Position numbers and translations under genes: made by a program. Shown piece after piece: positions 21,039-31,035 of a stretch of DNA of 59,834 bases (position 1 is the stretch's first letter; each line of letters begins with the position of its first letter). Under the pieces are notes generated by a model. It was not told where the DNA came from, ran no database searches, and saw only the letters and a list, made by a program, of their open reading frames with translations. The DNA comes from an uncultured Bacilli bacterium (GTDB taxonomy: Bacteria > Bacillota_I > Bacilli_A > RF39 > UBA660). Location of the stretch: NCBI GenBank assembly GCA_947589675.1, contig CANQCI010000003.1, forward strand, positions 1 to 59,834, in the 5' to 3' direction.

Positions 21039-22160
21039 TATTTTATCTTTCTTTATTTTAATATTTATTTGATATTCAGCCGGTAAATTGATTTCTTCCA
21101 CTTTTACTTTATCACTATCTAAATGTAAACCACGGATAGTATTAATAATATTATTCAAAAATTCATTTTCGGTAACTGATTTATCTTCTTTGACAGACGG
21201 AACAATAAAGTCATCAAGCATTTCAATCCCATCTGTATTATTTAAAATATCTTGAGGTGTTTTTTTCACATTAGTTTCTGGCACTTTATAAACAACTGGT
21301 TTTTCTTCCATATTCATATCGGCTGCTTCATCTTCCAAAAAGTTAAAGAATTTATTAGGCATTTTATCAGCACCATTATACATTAAATTAGGATTAATTA
21401 CTTGTGGTTCTTCTTTTGGCTTAACTTCCTCCTTAGCACCTAATACATCTTCTTTAATTGGTTGAGGAGAAACTATATCTTGAGCCATATTTACCATATT
21501 ATTAATATCAAAGTTTTGAATTATAGGGATATCACTATTATCATTATTTATATTCATTTTCTTAATTTCCTCTTCTAATTGACGAACAGTCAATCTTTCA
21601 TTTATTATTCTTTTTAATAATTCTTTTTGAACACTTAAATCCTTTACTTTTAATAAACTTCGAGCATGTCTTTCCGATATTTTTTCTTCTAATATTGCTT
21701 GTTGGACATCATCATCTAAAGATAATAATCTTAATTTATTAGAAATTGCTGATTGCGAAATCCCCATTCTTTTAGCTAGTTCTTCTTGGGTCATTCCATC
21801 TTTATCTAGTAAAGCTTTATAAGAACGAGCTTCTTCAATGGCAGTTAAATCTTTTCGTTGAATGTTTTCAACAATAGCTACTTCAGCACTTTTATTATCA
21901 TCCATATCAGATATAATTGCGGGAACGGAAGTAAGACCTGCCATCGTGGAAGCTTTATATCTTCGCTCACCTGCTATTATTTCATACTTATCGCCCACTT
22001 TTCGCAATACTAATGGTTGAATTATACCATGTTGTTTTATCGAATTAGATAATTCTTCTAAGGATTTATCATCAAAAGCCAATCGTGGCTGAAAACGATT
22101 AGGTATTATATCTTCAATGGGAATTTGTAAAACTTTATTTTCAATATTTGTTTCGTTCAC
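21036..22160 (-). CDS. noc: Nucleoid occlusion protein Noc (ParB family), atypical architecture
   Basis: PNRFQPR, GERR CTPase motif, HTH SQSAISNKLRLL, ISERHAR, Noc-like C-terminus INTIR...EYQINIKI; located after rsmG. Confidence 0.85.
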   Translation of the reverse strand: MNETNIENKVLQIPIEDIIPNRFQPRLAFDDKSLEELSNSIKQHGIIQPLVLRKVGDKYEIIAGERRYKASTMAGLTSVPAIISDMDDNKSAEVAIVENIQRKDLTAIEEARSYKALLDKDGMTQEELAKRMGISQSAISNKLRLLSLDDDVQQAILEEKISERHARSLLKVKDLSVQKELLKRIINERLTVRQLEEEIKKMNINNDNSDIPIIQNFDINNMVNMAQDIVSPQPIKEDVLGAKEEVKPKEEPQVINPNLMYNGADKMPNKFFNFLEDEAADMNMEEKPVVYKVPETNVKKTPQDILNNTDGIEMLDDFIVPSVKEDKSVTENEFLNNIINTIRGLHLDSDKVKVEEINLPAEYQINIKIKKDKI

Positions 22161-22197
22161 AATAAAATCAACCCTTCACTTCAATTTTTATTTTATC

Positions 22198-22914
22198 TTA
22201 TTTACTACCTTTTTGCAATGGCTTTTTAATTATTTTGTCATAAGGACGTAGTATATTTGGCAAACTATTTTCTAATTTTTCAATAGAAATTAAGGTTCTT
22301 TTTCCAAATGTAAACAAATCAAAACTTTCTATTTGCTTAATCTTACTTTTTAACACTTCTATACAGTATGTTGATTCTTTAATTTCTTGTGAAGCATTAG
22401 CTTTCATCGCAATAAATTTTCCATTTTTCTTGACAAGTGGTAAGGCTAATTCGCATAACACAACTAACGTAGTAACAGCTCGAGCGGTTACTATATCAAA
22501 ATAATTAAGATAATTGGGGGCAATGTTTTCAATTCGATTATTTATAATGGTAATGTTGGTAAGTTGTAAGTTATCAACAACACTTTGTAAAAAAGTTGTT
22601 TTTTTATTATTAGAATCGACTAAAGTCACGTGAATATGCGGAAAAAATATTTTTATTACTAATCCAGGAAAGCCCGCCCCACTACCGATATCTAAAAAGG
22701 TTGTACATTCATTTAAGTCTACAACTTTTACCAAAGTTAAAGAATCATAAAAATGTTTTACATAAACATCTTCTAAATTACGAATAGCTGTCAAATTTGT
22801 ATGCTTATTATATTCTAATAAATATTGAGCATAGTAATCAAGTTGATTTACCATTTCTTCTGTATAGGAAATATTAAGCTTGGCAATTTCCTTTTTAAAT
22901 TCTTCTTTAGTCAT
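22198..22914 (-). CDS. rsmG: 16S rRNA m7G527 methyltransferase
   Basis: NLTAI, KHFYDSL, DIGSGAGFPG, TARAV. Confidence 0.96.
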   Translation of the reverse strand: MTKEEFKKEIAKLNISYTEEMVNQLDYYAQYLLEYNKHTNLTAIRNLEDVYVKHFYDSLTLVKVVDLNECTTFLDIGSGAGFPGLVIKIFFPHIHVTLVDSNNKKTTFLQSVVDNLQLTNITIINNRIENIAPNYLNYFDIVTARAVTTLVVLCELALPLVKKNGKFIAMKANASQEIKESTYCIEVLKSKIKQIESFDLFTFGKRTLISIEKLENSLPNILRPYDKIIKKPLQKGSK

Positions 22915-24775
22915 GATTATATTCCTTTTTTAGATAAATACTTAATAATGATATATCAACCGGATTTACGCCACTTATCCGAGAAGCTTGAGCAATAGTC
23001 CGAGGGCGAACTTGAGTTAATTTTTGCCGAGCTTCACTAGCTAGATTTTTTACTTTTTGGTAATCAATATCTTCGGGAATTTCCTTTAACTCTAATTTAT
23101 TTAGCTTTTCGACTTCACGATAAGCTTTGTTAATATATCCTTCATATTTAACAGCAATTTCTACCTGTTCTTCCACTTCTTCCGGATAATCAATTGTTAT
23201 TATTTTTTTTATAAAATTTATTGTTATTTCTGGTCTTTTTAATAAATCATAAAAACTTAAACTACTTTTCGGAATATCAAGCTTATTTTGCTTAAAAATA
23301 TTTTCTACTTCGCTTGTTAATTTGCAATGATTTTCTTTTAGATAATTTGTTAATTCCTTTATTTGTTTTCTTTTTAACAATAATCTATTATAAGTTTCTT
23401 CACTAATCGTGTGATATTTGTAAGCATAATCTCTTAAACGCAAATCAGCATTATCATGTCTTAATAACAAACGAAATTCGGCACGACTAGTAAGCATTCG
23501 ATATGGTTCAATAGTTCCTTTAGTTACTAAGTCATCAATTAATACGCCAATATAGGCATCACTTCTTTTTAAAATTAATGGTTCTTCATTATCAACTTTT
23601 AATGACGCATTAATTCCGGCAATTATTCCTTGACCCGCCGCTTCCTCATAACCACTTGTGCCATTTATTTGCCCAGCTGTAAATAAGTTAGCTAAAACTT
23701 TATTTTCTAAAGATGGTTTTATTTGTAAGGGATCAATGGCATCATATTCAATGGCATAAGCATATTTAGTTATAACCGCTTTTTCCAACCCTTTTAAACT
23801 ATGAACCATTAATTCTTGAACATCCTCAGGCATACTAGTAGAAAATCCTTGTAAATACCAATCATCATAATATAAACTTTCCGGTTCTAAAAATAATTGA
23901 TGACGTTCTTTATCAGCAAATCGTACTATTTTATCTTCGATTGATGGACAATATCTAGGGCCAATTCCCGTAGCATAACCGCCATACATCGCTGATTTTT
24001 TTAAATTAGCTTTAATTATTTCATGAGTCTTCGCATTGGTATATATCAAATAACAAGGATGTTGGTCAGCAACTTGATAACTAGGCTGATCATCAAGGCT
24101 AAATGTCCAAAGTTTATCGTCACCATCTTCACGTTTCATAACTGAAAAATCAATTGAACTAGCTTTTATTCTTTGCGGAGTTCCAGTTTTTAAACGTAAT
24201 ATTTTTAACCCATATTCCTTTAATCGATCAGAAAGATGATTACTACGTCGTTCTCCATGTGGCCCTCCAGGTGTATTTTTCGCACCCACCAAGATATTTC
24301 CCTTTAAGTAAGTTCCTGTGGTTAAAATAACTGTTTTGGCGAGAATTTTTTCCCCCGCTTCTGTAATAATTCCTAACACAGTATCATCTTTTACAATTAA
24401 ATCCTCAACCATGGCTTCTTTTATTTCCAAATTTTCGGTCTTTTTTAAGGCTTCTTGCATATTGTGGGGATATGTTATTTTATCAGCTTGAGCTCGCAAA
24501 GAACGAACAGCTGGACCTTTCGAATTATTTAACATTTTTATTTGTAAATGGCTTTTATCAGCAATTTTACCCATTAAGCCACCTAAAGCATCTACTTCTC
24601 TCACAATTATCCCTTTTGCTGTTCCACCTATCGAAGGATTACAAGGCATATCGCCAATATTATTTAAATTGCTTGTAATTAAAAGCGTTTTTTTCCCTCG
24701 AATTGCAGCAATGTGACAAGCTTCAATTCCCGCATGGCCACCTCCAACAACAATTACATCATACATTTTTATCAT
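22907..24775 (-). CDS. mnmG: tRNA uridine modification enzyme MnmG (GidA)
   Basis: GGGHAG, CNPSIGG, GPRYCPSIEDK, GQINGTSGYEEA. Confidence 0.98.
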   Translation of the reverse strand: MIKMYDVIVVGGGHAGIEACHIAAIRGKKTLLITSNLNNIGDMPCNPSIGGTAKGIIVREVDALGGLMGKIADKSHLQIKMLNNSKGPAVRSLRAQADKITYPHNMQEALKKTENLEIKEAMVEDLIVKDDTVLGIITEAGEKILAKTVILTTGTYLKGNILVGAKNTPGGPHGERRSNHLSDRLKEYGLKILRLKTGTPQRIKASSIDFSVMKREDGDDKLWTFSLDDQPSYQVADQHPCYLIYTNAKTHEIIKANLKKSAMYGGYATGIGPRYCPSIEDKIVRFADKERHQLFLEPESLYYDDWYLQGFSTSMPEDVQELMVHSLKGLEKAVITKYAYAIEYDAIDPLQIKPSLENKVLANLFTAGQINGTSGYEEAAGQGIIAGINASLKVDNEEPLILKRSDAYIGVLIDDLVTKGTIEPYRMLTSRAEFRLLLRHDNADLRLRDYAYKYHTISEETYNRLLLKRKQIKELTNYLKENHCKLTSEVENIFKQNKLDIPKSSLSFYDLLKRPEITINFIKKIITIDYPEEVEEQVEIAVKYEGYINKAYREVEKLNKLELKEIPEDIDYQKVKNLASEARQKLTQVRPRTIAQASRISGVNPVDISLLSIYLKKEYNHD

Positions 24776-26131
24776 CTACTTTCCTAAACAAAAATTAGCA
24801 AAAATATTATCAACTAATTCTTCATTATATGCATCCCCAATAAGCTCACCCAAATACTCCCAAGCATCTCGCAAATCTATTTCTATAATATCAATAGGTA
24901 ATTTTTTTTCTTCAGCTAAAGAAGCATTTTCCAAACTTTTATAAGCTTTATTAACTAATTCTATTTGCCGTAAATTAGAGATATAACTCACATCTTTGGT
25001 TATAATTTTTCCTAAATTAAATTTGTTGATAATTGCTTCCTTTAATTTATCTAAACCATTCGTATCAAAAATATTTCCCGGGAAATATTCATACCCCTTT
25101 AATTTATCAACATCAATTTTGGTTTTTAAATCAGATTTGTTAATAAGTATAAGCAACTTTTCCCTAGGAAATTCCTTGAGTAATTCGAGTTCATCGTTAG
25201 AAATTTTTTCATTATTACTTACCACAAATAAAATTAAATCAGCTGTTGAAGCAATTTTTTTACTTTTTATTACTCCTATCTTTTCAACTTCATCATCAGT
25301 TTCCCTTATCCCAGCTGTATCAATAAAATTTAATAGAATACCATTTAAACTTATACTTCCTTCCACAATATCTCGAGTTGTTCCCGGAATATTCGTTACA
25401 ATTGCTTTTTCTTCATCTAATAAAGTATTAAGTATACTACTTTTGCCTACATTTGGTTTTCCAACAATTGCAACATTTATTCCCTCTTTTATAAGCCGAC
25501 CATTTTTACTATCGGCAATTAATTTTTGTAACTCAGTACTTATTTCGGCTAAATTTTTATTTAAGATATTATGAGTTACTTCCAATTCATCTTCATATTC
25601 AGGATAGTCAATATTAACCTCAATATTAGCTAAAACTTGCACCATTTTAGCTCGTAAATTTTTAATTTTACTACTCAACATGCCACCTACATTATTTAAA
25701 GCCATATTCCGAGCGGCATCAGTCTTAGCAGTAATTAAATCGTTTACCGATTCAGCTTCCACTAAATTTATTCGCCCATTTAAGAAAGCTCGCTTTGTAA
25801 ACTCGCCAGGTTCAGCTAAACGACAACCATTTTTTAATAATACTTCAACAATCTTATTAGTCGTATTTATTCCACCATGACAATTAATTTCCACCGTATC
25901 CTCAGTCGTATAAGTTTTCGGAGCCCGCATTAACATAACTAAAACTTCATCAATGTTTTCATTTTGATCCTTGATATAACCGTAATGAATAGTATGGCTA
26001 GGTGCCTCACCAAAATTGGCATTTGTAAAAACTTTTTTTACAACCGAGATAGCTTCTTTTCCAGAAACCCGAACAATTGAAATAGCCCCCACTCCTAAAG
26101 CTGTTGATATTGCCACAATAGTATCTTCCAT
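24776..26131 (-). CDS. mnmE: tRNA modification GTPase MnmE
   Basis: DTIVAIST, GKPNVGKSS, DTAGIR, C-terminal FCLGK. Confidence 0.98.
   Translation of the reverse strand: MEDTIVAISTALGVGAISIVRVSGKEAISVVKKVFTNANFGEAPSHTIHYGYIKDQNENIDEVLVMLMRAPKTYTTEDTVEINCHGGINTTNKIVEVLLKNGCRLAEPGEFTKRAFLNGRINLVEAESVNDLITAKTDAARNMALNNVGGMLSSKIKNLRAKMVQVLANIEVNIDYPEYEDELEVTHNILNKNLAEISTELQKLIADSKNGRLIKEGINVAIVGKPNVGKSSILNTLLDEEKAIVTNIPGTTRDIVEGSISLNGILLNFIDTAGIRETDDEVEKIGVIKSKKIASTADLILFVVSNNEKISNDELELLKEFPREKLLILINKSDLKTKIDVDKLKGYEYFPGNIFDTNGLDKLKEAIINKFNLGKIITKDVSYISNLRQIELVNKAYKSLENASLAEEKKLPIDIIEIDLRDAWEYLGELIGDAYNEELVDNIFANFCLGK
25072..25087. promoter_or_regulatory. Noc-binding site (NBS) within mnmE
   Basis: TATTTCCCGGGAAATA, a perfect match to the Bacillus NBS consensus, inside a 20-bp palindrome (25070-25089). 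Confidence 0.8.
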
Positions 26132-26311
26132 ATTAGTCTTCCTTTCTTGCGGTTGTATTATAGCACAAAACTCGTCATTTGACATCATTAGGCTATTATT
26201 CTATGTTATAACTACTAATAAAATTGATTTTTCACGATGATTTAAAACAAAAACTTGTATTTTTTACTTTAATACTTTATAATCATAATAGTAAGAATAT
26301 AGGAGATTGAT

Positions 26312-26959
26312 ATGAAAAAAATAGTGGTAATTATTATTTTTCTTTGTACTAGTAGTTTCATTATTTTTTCAATTGGCAAAATCGAAAATCAAAATATTAT
26401 CATTAGCAATAAAGCTGGCCCAACAAATTCTAAATCTCAATTAGCAATTATGCTTGAGTCAGATAAAGTTGGCGAGTATATCATCAGTGATGCAAAAACT
26501 TGGCCAACTGATGGTTATGTTTTTAATGCTGACCTTAGTAAGTGTGAAAATAATGGGACATTAACATGGAACAGTGAAAATAAAACTGTTGAACTTAATG
26601 CCAATAATTCCGATAAATGTTATGTTTATTTCGACAAAGCTACCCCATTATCCATTAATAATATTGAGGTACATAAAGAATTAGGTTTATTAAGATTTAC
26701 AGTGCAAACCTCTGGAGGAATTGGTACCCTTAATTATTTTTATGAAGGATATATCAAAAATAGAAATGGCAATGTTAATTTAAATGGAACAGAAGCCACG
26801 ATTGAAAATAATACTTACACTTTTAATAATATAAATAATTGTGATCTTTATAATATTACAGTAATTGTTCGTGATGAACAAAATAATACGCAAACATATA
26901 CACTAAATAATATCGAACCAGTTGGTTATGATACTTGTAATTTAAACCCTAGTGAATAA
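26312..26959 (+). CDS. Hypothetical secreted or membrane-anchored beta-rich protein
   Basis: AGGAG RBS, N-terminal hydrophobic segment, Cys pair (SKCEN...DKCYVYFDK), Ig-like-looking C-terminal half. Confidence 0.75.
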   Translation: MKKIVVIIIFLCTSSFIIFSIGKIENQNIIISNKAGPTNSKSQLAIMLESDKVGEYIISDAKTWPTDGYVFNADLSKCENNGTLTWNSENKTVELNANNSDKCYVYFDKATPLSINNIEVHKELGLLRFTVQTSGGIGTLNYFYEGYIKNRNGNVNLNGTEATIENNTYTFNNINNCDLYNITVIVRDEQNNTQTYTLNNIEPVGYDTCNLNPSE

Positions 26960-26994
26960 AAAACAGAAATTCATTTGCTTTGAATCTCTGTTTT
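26960..26994. terminator. Bidirectional terminator between the hypothetical gene and jag
   Basis: AAAACAGAAATTCA...TGAATCTCTGTTTT imperfect inverted repeat. Confidence 0.55.
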
Positions 26995-26999
26995 ATTTT

Positions 27000-27605
27000 T
27001 TATTCGGGTTTTATAACCACATGTCTATTAGGTTCTTCTCCTTCACTTTCAGTTTTAACACCTTTAAAATTAGTTAAAATATTGTGAATTATTCGTCTTT
27101 CATAACTAGTCATATTATCTAATTTAACTTCCGTTTTAGTTCGTACAACGTCCCTTGCTAATTGCTTAGCCATCCGTTCTAAACTTTTATCCTTGTTGGT
27201 TTTATAATTTTCAACATCTAAGCTAAACTTAAAACGAATATTATATTTTGTTAGAAGCATTTGCTTAATCAAAATTTCTAAAGATTTTAATGTTTGACCA
27301 TTTTTACCAATTAAAATCGAATTATTATCAGAATACATTTTTATTATACTACGGTTATAATTAGTCGTAACTTCAAAATTAACATCTAATCCCATATTAT
27401 TTACTACTTGAGTTAAATATTGTTTTATTTCATCAATAATAGCTTTTTTAGGAAAAACATTAACTTCCACTAACGAACCTTGAAATAATTTTCCTTTTTT
27501 ATTATTTGTCGTATAAATTATATCATCTTGAACTAAATTATTTTCTGTTAATATCTCTTGTAAAACTACATCTACATCTTTACCTTCTTTAGTTATTTTT
27601 TCCAT
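27000..27605 (-). CDS. jag: Jag/KhpB (EloR) KH-R3H RNA-binding protein
   Basis: LIGKNGQTL KH motif, ERRIIH R3H motif, SEGEEPNRHVVI; follows yidC. Confidence 0.93.
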   Translation of the reverse strand: MEKITKEGKDVDVVLQEILTENNLVQDDIIYTTNNKKGKLFQGSLVEVNVFPKKAIIDEIKQYLTQVVNNMGLDVNFEVTTNYNRSIIKMYSDNNSILIGKNGQTLKSLEILIKQMLLTKYNIRFKFSLDVENYKTNKDKSLERMAKQLARDVVRTKTEVKLDNMTSYERRIIHNILTNFKGVKTESEGEEPNRHVVIKPE

Positions 27606-28635
27606 ACTTCATACCTTCCTTCTTTGCTAGTTTATCCTTAATCTTTTCCCTTTTTTCTTTTTTAACTTTTCCATTCATTCGAAAAGTTTTGTTATTTATA
27701 TAATTAAGTAATAAATTTTGAATTGCTATAAAGGCATAGGTAATTATCCAGTAGAATGCTAAGGCGGTTGGTAATGAAAGTGATGCATAAACTATTACTA
27801 CTAGCATTACATACAACATAATTTTCATTTGTTTTTCCGCTTCTGGATTACCTTGCGGTGTTTGATTTAATGTTTGTTTAAATGAAAAGAATGTTGATAT
27901 AGCAATTAAAATTAATAAGATTAAATATAAATACTGGCCAGAAGCAATTCCTTTGGCTGGGGACATTCCTAAATTAAAACCTAAGAGGCTTTCTTCATAA
28001 ATGGATGGAACTCGGTAAATAGCTTGTAAGAAAGCAAAGAACAATGGCAATTGAATAAAGGAAAGCAAGCACCCCAACATCGGATTAACTTTATATTTTT
28101 GATAAATTAACATTGTTTCTTGGCTTTTAGCCATCAGTGCTTCATTATCCGTCCGATTACGATATTTTCGTTCCAATTTTTCAATTTCCGGCTGAGCTTT
28201 TCGCATATTTTGTGTTTGTTTCATACTCTTCACAGTTAAAGGTAACAATACTAATCGAATAATTAGACCTATTAGTATTAAGCTTATCCCCAAGTTATGA
28301 ACTACATTGCCTAAACGTAATATTAAAAATGCTAACGGTTTAACAAATAAAAATTCCCATAAGCCTGTACTTTCATTCGAAGTTACCTTAAATTGCGTAC
28401 ATGGTGGTAATTCTTTAAATTTTAAATTTAATTGTTTTTGATATTCTTCATATAGTTTATATAACTCACCATCTTCATCTGGTAAGCAAACTATATCTTT
28501 CCGTAATAATTGATCTGTTGATTCTTGGCGAACTAATTCTTTCTTATCATTGGTAATATATGTACTATTACCACATCCCGAGAGAGTAATCAGTAATAAA
28601 AAAATTAGTAATACACTTTTGATTTTATTCTTCAT
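27589..28635 (-). CDS. yidC: Membrane protein insertase YidC/SpoIIIJ
   Basis: Lipobox LSGC, IRLVLLPL, GCL..FIQLP, LAFYW. Confidence 0.93.
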   Translation of the reverse strand: MKNKIKSVLLIFLLLITLSGCGNSTYITNDKKELVRQESTDQLLRKDIVCLPDEDGELYKLYEEYQKQLNLKFKELPPCTQFKVTSNESTGLWEFLFVKPLAFLILRLGNVVHNLGISLILIGLIIRLVLLPLTVKSMKQTQNMRKAQPEIEKLERKYRNRTDNEALMAKSQETMLIYQKYKVNPMLGCLLSFIQLPLFFAFLQAIYRVPSIYEESLLGFNLGMSPAKGIASGQYLYLILLILIAISTFFSFKQTLNQTPQGNPEAEKQMKIMLYVMLVVIVYASLSLPTALAFYWIITYAFIAIQNLLLNYINNKTFRMNGKVKKEKREKIKDKLAKKEGMKYGKNN

Positions 28636-28961
28636 TGGGTCATCCTTTCTAATAATTCATCGAACTTTTGTTCTAATAAATTATAAGGGATATTCACACA
28701 TTCCCTCTTAATCATTATAATATAATTATTGAATTTTTTAAATAGTAACTTATGTTGGTCGATTAGAACCCGCATTTGTCTTTTTAACTTATTGCGGCAT
28801 ACAGCATTTCCCACTTTTTTACCAACCGCTATTCCAAACTTTGGTTTTTCACTGGCTGTTGGCATATAAAAAAATATAATATACTTATTCCCTACTTTTT
28901 GACCTTTGTTGATAATTTGATTAAAATCATCTGGTGATTTTACTATTTCGTATTTTTTCAT
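28632..28961 (-). CDS. rnpA: Ribonuclease P protein
   Basis: FGIAVGKKVGNAVCRNKLKRQMR. Confidence 0.95.
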   Translation of the reverse strand: MKKYEIVKSPDDFNQIINKGQKVGNKYIIFFYMPTASEKPKFGIAVGKKVGNAVCRNKLKRQMRVLIDQHKLLFKKFNNYIIMIKRECVNIPYNLLEQKFDELLERMTQ

Positions 28962-29011
28962 TTATAAACCTCAACTTTTTCATTTTAAAAAAACCACAAA
29001 ACGTGGTTTTC

Positions 29012-29134
29012 CTATTTACAAAGTACTTTGCGTCCTTTGCGACGACGATTATTTAATATTTTTGATTCTTTACGTGCAAAAAAACCATGCTTTTTCGCTT
29101 GTTTTCTTTTATTTGGTTGATAAGTTCTTTTCAT
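29012..29134 (-). CDS. rpmH: 50S ribosomal protein L34 (40 aa, absent from the ORF track)
   Basis: Manual translation [40 protein letters not shown]; GAGGAG RBS; canonical position. Confidence 0.95.
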   Translation of the reverse strand: MKRTYQPNKRKQAKKHGFFARKESKILNNRRRKGRKVLCK

Positions 29135-29278
29135 AATCCATTTCTCCTCTTTCTTTTTAGCGTTCTTAATATATCATTAAATATAAGTAAAAGTCAAGAA
29201 AATTCGTTAAATAAGCTAGAGCGAGAAAAATAAATACTATCAACTCTTATATATAATATAGAGAGAAAAAATTTTAAG

Positions 29279-29467
29279 TTATCAACAAAAATGTGGATTG
29301 TTGATAACTTGTGGATAACTTTCCACATAATTAACAACATTATATCAACACGTTGTTGATAATTGTGTGGATATGTTGGTAGTGTTGCTTTAAGTTTTGT
29401 TGATAGTGTTGGTTTAGATATTTTTCCCGTAAATTGGGATTTTTTTTGTTAATAACTTTGGGGATAA
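29279..29467. promoter_or_regulatory. oriC upstream DnaA-box cluster
   Basis: Perfect TGTGGATAA at 29310-29318; TTATCAACA/TGTTGATAA at 29279, 29299, 29354; near-matches at 29292, 29319, 29331, 29342, 29366, 29398, 29447, 29459. Confidence 0.9.
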
Positions 29468-29545
29468 AACTTTTTTTATTTTTTGCTTTAACTTTTCCAG
29501 ATTTTATATTACAATTTAAGAAGTAGTGGTAAGTGGGGTGAGGTT

Positions 29546-30907
29546 ATGAAAACTGACTATACAAATTTATTGACTAATTTTTTAAACGAAATTGCTAACA
29601 AAGTATCCCAAAATGCGTATACTATTTGGTTTTCACAACTTGAGATAGTTGCCATTAAAGAACAAGAAATGACTATCAAAGTCCCGATGGAAATTCACAA
29701 GCAAATGCTTAGTGAAACTTATCAAGAAACAATCGATACAATTTTTAATTCTTTAACCGGAATTAATTATACTTTTAAATACTTAACAGAGGAAGAATTA
29801 GAAACTTTTACGCCTCCCAAAATCATCAAAAATAAACAGGAAGTTGTCAAAAAGGAGTGGGAAACAAACTTAGATCCCAAATATACTTTTGATAACTATG
29901 TAGTTGGTAACAGTAATCGCTTAGCTTTTGTCGCCGCTAAGTCAGTTGCCGAAGCCCCAGGTACAATCCATAATCCTCTTTTTATTTACGGACGAAGTGG
30001 ACTTGGGAAAACGCATTTAATGCAAGCAATAGGTAATTATATAAAAGAACATAGTAACTTAAAAGTTTTATATACAACAAGTAAAGCATACATGACCGAT
30101 TTTACTGGAATGGCTACTATGGATAATGGAAGTAATAAAATAAATTCCGCAAATGAGTTTAATAATAAATATCAAAATGTTGATGTACTAATAATTGATG
30201 ACATTCAGTTCTTAACATCCGCAGAACGAACGCAGCAAGAATTTTTTCATACATTTAATACTCTACATCAGGCTAACAAACAAATAATTATAAGTAGTGA
30301 TAAGAGTCCCGATGATTTAAAGAAAATCGAGGAACGTTTGCGAAGTAGATTTAGTTGGGGATTACCTGTTGATATTTATCCACCAGATTATAATCTTCGT
30401 TGTGATATTATCAACGCCAAAATAAAAAATACTAGTATTGAAAACAAATTAACGGAAGATGTGATAGAATATATAGCAAATTCTTGTGTTAATGACGTCA
30501 GGCATATCGAGGGAACCATTAATCGGTTAATGGTTTATACCGCTATAATGGTTCCTGAAAAAATAACACTAGATTTTGCCATTGAAGCTTTAAAGGATTA
30601 TGTTAATACCAACATATTTATCAACAATTCAATAGCTTCGATCCAAAATGCGGTCGCTGAATACTTTAAAATTTCTGTTGAAGATTTAAAAGGGAAAAGG
30701 CGAACCAGTAATGTTGTACGACCTAGACACATTGCTATGTACCTGTGCCGAGCCGAAACAGATGAAAACCTTGCCAAAATAGGGCTGGAATTTGGCGGGC
30801 GCGATCATTCCACAGTTTCTACCGCAATTGATAAAATAAAAGAAGAAATTGAAACAGATGATAACTTGAATAAAATGTTGAAAGAAATTAAAACTAAGTT
30901 ACAATAA
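29546..30907 (+). CDS. dnaA: Chromosomal replication initiator DnaA
   Basis: YTFDNYVVG, NPLFIYGRSGLGKTHL, DDIQF, RLRSRF, FGGRDHSTV. Confidence 0.98.
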   Translation: MKTDYTNLLTNFLNEIANKVSQNAYTIWFSQLEIVAIKEQEMTIKVPMEIHKQMLSETYQETIDTIFNSLTGINYTFKYLTEEELETFTPPKIIKNKQEVVKKEWETNLDPKYTFDNYVVGNSNRLAFVAAKSVAEAPGTIHNPLFIYGRSGLGKTHLMQAIGNYIKEHSNLKVLYTTSKAYMTDFTGMATMDNGSNKINSANEFNNKYQNVDVLIIDDIQFLTSAERTQQEFFHTFNTLHQANKQIIISSDKSPDDLKKIEERLRSRFSWGLPVDIYPPDYNLRCDIINAKIKNTSIENKLTEDVIEYIANSCVNDVRHIEGTINRLMVYTAIMVPEKITLDFAIEALKDYVNTNIFINNSIASIQNAVAEYFKISVEDLKGKRRTSNVVRPRHIAMYLCRAETDENLAKIGLEFGGRDHSTVSTAIDKIKEEIETDDNLNKMLKEIKTKLQ

Positions 30908-31015
30908 TGTTGATAACTTTTGAGTTATAAACACCGATTTTATCTAAAAAATATGTTGGTAACTATATACTTATCAACATATCAACACTATAATAATTAT
31001 AATAATATATATAAG
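30908..31015 (+). promoter_or_regulatory. oriC unwinding region (DnaA boxes, trio-like repeats, AT-rich stretch)
   Basis: TGTTGATAA at 30908, overlapping boxes TTATCAACATATCAACA at 30971-30987, then CTA-TAA-TAA-TTA-TAA-TAA-TATATA. Same layout as the B. subtilis dnaA-dnaN origin. Confidence 0.85.
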
Positions 31016-31035
31016 AAGAAAGAAGGAATTTAAAA

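Noticed and set aside
25158-25172. Additional degenerate NBS-like sequence TTTCCCTAGGAAAT in mnmE
   Set aside because: It has two mismatches in one half-site and cannot be distinguished from chance without a genome-wide model.
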